Assembly (NCBI GenBank): GCA_964016885.1
Contig: OZ024742.1
Span: forward strand, 79,112,001 to 79,176,000
Direction of reading: 5' to 3'
Origin: Eledone cirrhosa
Taxonomy: Eukaryota
DNA length: 64,000 nucleotides
The notes beneath the pieces were generated by a model. It searched no databases, was not told the DNA's origin, and saw only the letters and a list, made by a program, of their open reading frames with translations. The position numbers and the translations under genes are program-made. Shown here piece after piece: positions 57,676 through 64,000 of the stretch (positions are counted from its first letter, which is position 1; every line of letters starts with the position of its first letter).

Positions 57676-58258
57676 TAGATATACATGTGTGTACGTGCGT
57701 GTGGTGGGTGATTGTGCATGGGATGCCTTTATCGTTGTGTAGGTGTGTTGCAATATCAGCTAGACACAATTTGTTTTGAAACCCAGAGGCCGAATTCGAT
57801 GGCAAATTATGACGTACATGATTGATGACAGAGGTCTGAAGCTGAGCATTGAAATGGTTGTTCGTTGCTCTGTCAGTCTCTTCACCAATGCAGTACGAAA
57901 TCAGCTCTATAGACTAATGTTACGTTAGTTAATTATACTTAAATATACAGTGTTTCACTTCTTGAAACAATCCTTCTATTGTCTGATAATCGTTCCTGTC
58001 AATGATTCGACCTTTACTGATCACATGTATTAATCTTTCAAGGAGTGATTCAAAAGGGAAAAGTAAAAAATATATAACTTGAAGCACTATGGCATTGACG
58101 TATACGTGGTGTTCGATTTATCCTTTGCCGTAATCCAAGAAATGTGCTGAAGACATTAGCAGTGCAAATAATAGACAATTTCAACAAGTGAGAAAGATAT
58201 TTTCGGGCTATATCTTTCTCTGAGATAGCGGAAAAAATGTTTCAGCTGTTTAAAAATA

Positions 58259-60193
<1,935 letters not shown>

Positions 60194-60384
60194 TCTTAGT
60201 AATTCAAGATAAAAGTTTCTTCATGGAATAAAAAATATAAATATTAATTATTTAATATAAAACGTAAATTACTAATTCACTATAAAATGTTAATTTAATG
60301 CAAGAAGTCCAATGTGGAATTCGCTGAATTGCTAATACGCTTGTTAGACAAGCACAGCATCTTGTGCATTTCAACTTCAATATA

Positions 60385-60590
60385 CAAAGGTCGACTGAAA
60401 AGTTCATAGACTGACCAAGATACTCTCATAGAATGATCAAATTGAGGTTTATTTTCCAACATAGTCCCTTAAAAGAAACATTGCAGTTATTAATAAGAAA
60501 CTTTGAAATTAATGCATGCAAGATTTCACAATGCTGGCATCGCTTCATTTCTCCATAGTCAGTCTATAAACTTTTTACCGACCCTCGTGT
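60385..60590. mobile_element. mariner-like MITE
   Basis: Ends AAGGTCGACTGAAAAGTT / AACTTTTTACCGACCCTCG; other copies ~645-740, 8445-8640, 62086-62285. Confidence 0.6.
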
Positions 60591-60715
60591 ATACTAACGT
60601 GTGATTATGTGAAACGATTTCTCGTGACCGTAACCACAAAATGCTTTAAATATGACGACACGATTGCAGAATAATTCCCGCCTTTCACTGTAGAGTGAGA
60701 AGTGTATATATATAT

Positions 60716-61210
60716 ATATGAATAAATTTAGTCCTTCATCAGTGATCTTCCAACCTTCATTGGTATTTCATTGCTTTAAAGACTATATACCTCTGGTTGG
60801 TGCGAGCAACGGCTAAAGAAAGTCGTTGGGACACGTAAATAGGGGGAACGAGCGAGACAGTAAACAATCAAAGATGGTAATGCAACGAAAAGTAAGGAAG
60901 AAGGAATCAAGTCCCTGAAACCGATGAACATAAATTCTGTGAAATCGTGGACGAGAGAGAATAAAGACCATCAAACCTGGTCGATTCCTCACTTTTCGTT
61001 GCATTACCATCTTTGATTGTTTACTGTCTCGCTCGTTCCCCCTATTTACGTGTCCCAACGACTTTCTTTAGCCGTTGCTCGCACCAACCAGAGGTATATG
61101 GTCTTTAAAGCAATGAAATACCAATGAAGGTTGGAAGATCACTGATGAAGGACTAAATTTATTCATATGTAACCCATTTGCAACCACGCAGCACGCCATA
61201 TTTTCATATT
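60716..61210 (+). mobile_element. Foldback element (~180-bp arms, ~90-nt spacer, unique tail) in (TA)n
   Basis: 60716-60898 is the reverse complement of 60986-61168. Confidence 0.8.
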
Positions 61211-61612
61211 CATATATATATATATATATATATATATAGATATAAAACAATGATTTGTTGGAACAATAGTTCTATTATTATTTTCATTCTTTAATTCTTC
61301 AGACATGTCAATTGTTTATGTTCGCTACTTATGTCGTCTGCCTTTGGTGGTTGACTTAATTTTATGGAAAATTATTCATGTTTATATTTATTTATAGAGT
61401 AATTTTATTTCCAAATCTAACCCTTTTCACACACACATACATATATATATACGGTTGTATTTATTACACAATGAATACTCTTTCATTTTCTATGCATATT
61501 TTCTGTAATCTAGTGAAAGTGTGTGCTTAGGATCTGGATATTGAAGCGTAAATAATTTGTCTTATGCTTTAGGGAAACATGAATAATATATCACATAATG
61601 TGTCATACTGAT

Positions 61613-61821
61613 ATACCGTATATACTCGAATATAAGTCTAGAAGTATAAGATCATAAAATCGATAGTAGAAGTGGTCGGCTTATATTCAGGGTGAATATT
61701 TTGACGATTTTCACTAACTTCATATTCTACGTAAATAAATTTTAGATTTTCGCTAATTTCTCAGACATAAAATAGATGTCGATTTATATTCGGATCGACT
61801 CATGGTCGAGTATATGCGGTA
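61613..61821. mobile_element. pogo/Tc1-like MITE
   Basis: TA|CCGTATATACTCGA ... TCGAGTATATGCGG|TA; related copy ~11980-12175. Confidence 0.7.
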
Positions 61822-63936
61822 GGTCGTTTGCTGATAATTCACTTCATTAGTACCAGTAATGTACTGGGTAATTGCTGGCCTTGTGCCAAAAGTATAAACA
61901 ATTATTATATATTGCTTACATCCTTACGGGGTCGATAAAATAAAGTACCAGTAATGTACTGGGTAATTGCTGGCCTTGTGCCTAAAATAGAAACAATTAT
62001 TATATATTGCTTACTCTGAGTATTTACTCACGATGTGTGCCAAGTGTGTATAAATATATGGTGAATAACTGTGTGAAATGATTTTACGAGGGTGGGGTGA
62101 AACGTTTGTAGGCTATGTATGAAAGTGTGATGCTAGAACTGTGAAATCTTGCATTCATTAACTTCAACTTTTCTTATTAATAACTTCATTGTTTCTTTTC
62201 AAGGACTATGTTGAAAAATAAACCCTGTTTGGTCATACAATGGGAGTATCTTGGTCAGCTTATGAACTTTACAGCTGATCCTGGTAATTCGATATAGATG
62301 TGTTGTAAATCTAACTTCATTCATTTTCCCAATCTAAATAGTATTGTATTTATATGGCCAAATACAGTAGTCGGTTTCTCGAAGTTTTTGCAATTTAATT
62401 TATAAATCATATTGGTTATCTGTAACTTGTACTCAAGTTTACTCACTTGTGGTTATTAATAAGGACATTTTAGATTTCAGACATTCTGTAGTATATTTTT
62501 AGCGCTAATTTTTGGTGGTGGATTGGCAGAATTTGTTAAGATGTCATTATGGTATTTGTTCTGGCTCTTTATATTTTAAGTTCAGATCCCACTAAAGTTA
62601 GCTTTGCAGGCCACCATTCCTAAAATAATATACCAATCATGTACTGAGGTTGATTTACTCAATGATGCCCATCCCTAAAATGTCCCGACCCTTTGCTTAA
62701 ATTAGAATTCAGTTCACACATATATTTTCAATCTTGGTGTTTTTATTCTGGATGATAAATTTTAGATCAGTTATTTTCTAGATCATCATTTCGATCGCAA
62801 TACACTGAGAACATTAATACAGAAACTTGAATATAATGCTAACCACACAAACAACATGCATACATCATAAACACGTGACTTATGACGTGTAAGTCAAGTT
62901 TCAAGTTTGAGATTCTGATAAGAAAGCCAATACCCTCCGGAGAAACGCCTTCTCCATTCTTTCCGCCGGGGCTGTAGGGAGGCCAGCACATTGGACCCCA
63001 TTTGCTCACCATACGGAGATATGGGGAGAGCCAGAGAGATGGAGGCGATGACAGTGGGAGTTCGGCTGTTCTTTCATGTTTGCTTAGGTTACAATTACAT
63101 TGTGATAGAAGGATGAACATTGTGTATATAAGTTACCCTTCTCTGACAGACACACTCCGTTCAGTTTTGTATTTTCAAACTATGAAATGTTAGCGAAGAA
63201 AGAACTTCATAAAAGTTCATAAATTCCATCTAAGCTACAATAAAAGAGACAGTAAAAGTAACACATCACCATTCCACGGTCTGTTGATTAGATTATGGCT
63301 ATAAGAACGTTATTGTTCCAAATGTGTTGTATTTAATAAAAATAAATATTAGAAGTCGAAAACAGAAGTGTTTTTAATACTACCAATATATATATACGAC
63401 AGTGGTGAACTGGTAGAGTTGGTAGAGCGCTGCATAAAATTCCATTGCGATATTTCTTCTGGCTCTTTACTTTCTGATTCTAAATTCTGCCATGGTTAAA
63501 ATTGCCTTTCATCATTTCGGGGTCGATAAAATAAAATGTCAGTCAAGTACTGGGTTGGATTTAATCAGCTTTGTCCTTCCCTTAAAAGCTAGGTTGGTTT
63601 ATACACCTCATTATTAGACTATACTATTTGGTCAATGTTACGGTGAAGGTTCTATTTCTATTTGTTAAATATATATATATATATATATATACAGCTTATA
63701 GACACCTGTTAGCTTAAGAGAAACTTAATAATAAGGAGTGGCACCCCATCCTGAACCTGTTTATAGAATTCTTTCTGCCTTTGTTACTCTAAAAATAAAA
63801 ATAAACTATAGCTTTATAGAATTAGCTTTTAATGAATTCCCTTTTCTATCAACCAATGTCCTACACCCATCCCACTCCCCACCCTCTCCTACCACTTGTA
63901 GAGACCTATAAATACCATACTTATTTTTTGATACCC

Positions 63937-63987
63937 AGATTCCTGATGATTTCTGAAGAATGAAACAGTTCTAGTCCTGTAGAATCT
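63937..63987 (+). ncRNA. Type I hammerhead ribozyme (family A, intact core)
   Basis: AGATTC-CTGATGA-TTTCTGAAGAAT-GAAA-CAG-TTCTAGTC-CTG-TA-GAATCT; stem I AGATTC/GAATCT; GUA site. Confidence 0.8.
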
Positions 63988-64000
63988 TATATATATATAT

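Noticed and set aside
62960-63000. WPPYSP resembling the Tc1 transposase WP..SPDL motif
   Set aside because: Not followed by DLNPIE and no other transposase motifs

Overview
AT-rich, microsatellite-saturated animal genomic DNA; the tRNA-derived SINEs with an RTE-type (GAT)n tail and the (TA)n density suggest an octopod cephalopod (inference). No host protein-coding gene is supportable. Most listed ORFs are translations of (TA)n/(CA)n/(GA)n repeats or of SINE antisense strands. The window holds one 5'-truncated but open RTE LINE ORF with an internal PHD-like finger, RTE and CR1-like LINE fragments, two SINE families, a Penelope-like GIY-YIG relic, a Merlin transposase relic interrupted by a non-autonomous Helitron, and several MITEs. 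The main signal is about 20 short elements of several unrelated sequence families, mostly inserted in (TA)n. They carry complete, degenerate or half type I hammerhead ribozymes (CUGAUGA...GAAA...UH), are often folded back so a ribozyme lies on both strands, and usually have an ACTC-N(10-20)-GAGT hairpin in the 3' tail. In many copies the inverted arm stops just upstream of that hairpin. All structures were derived by eye and need computational confirmation.
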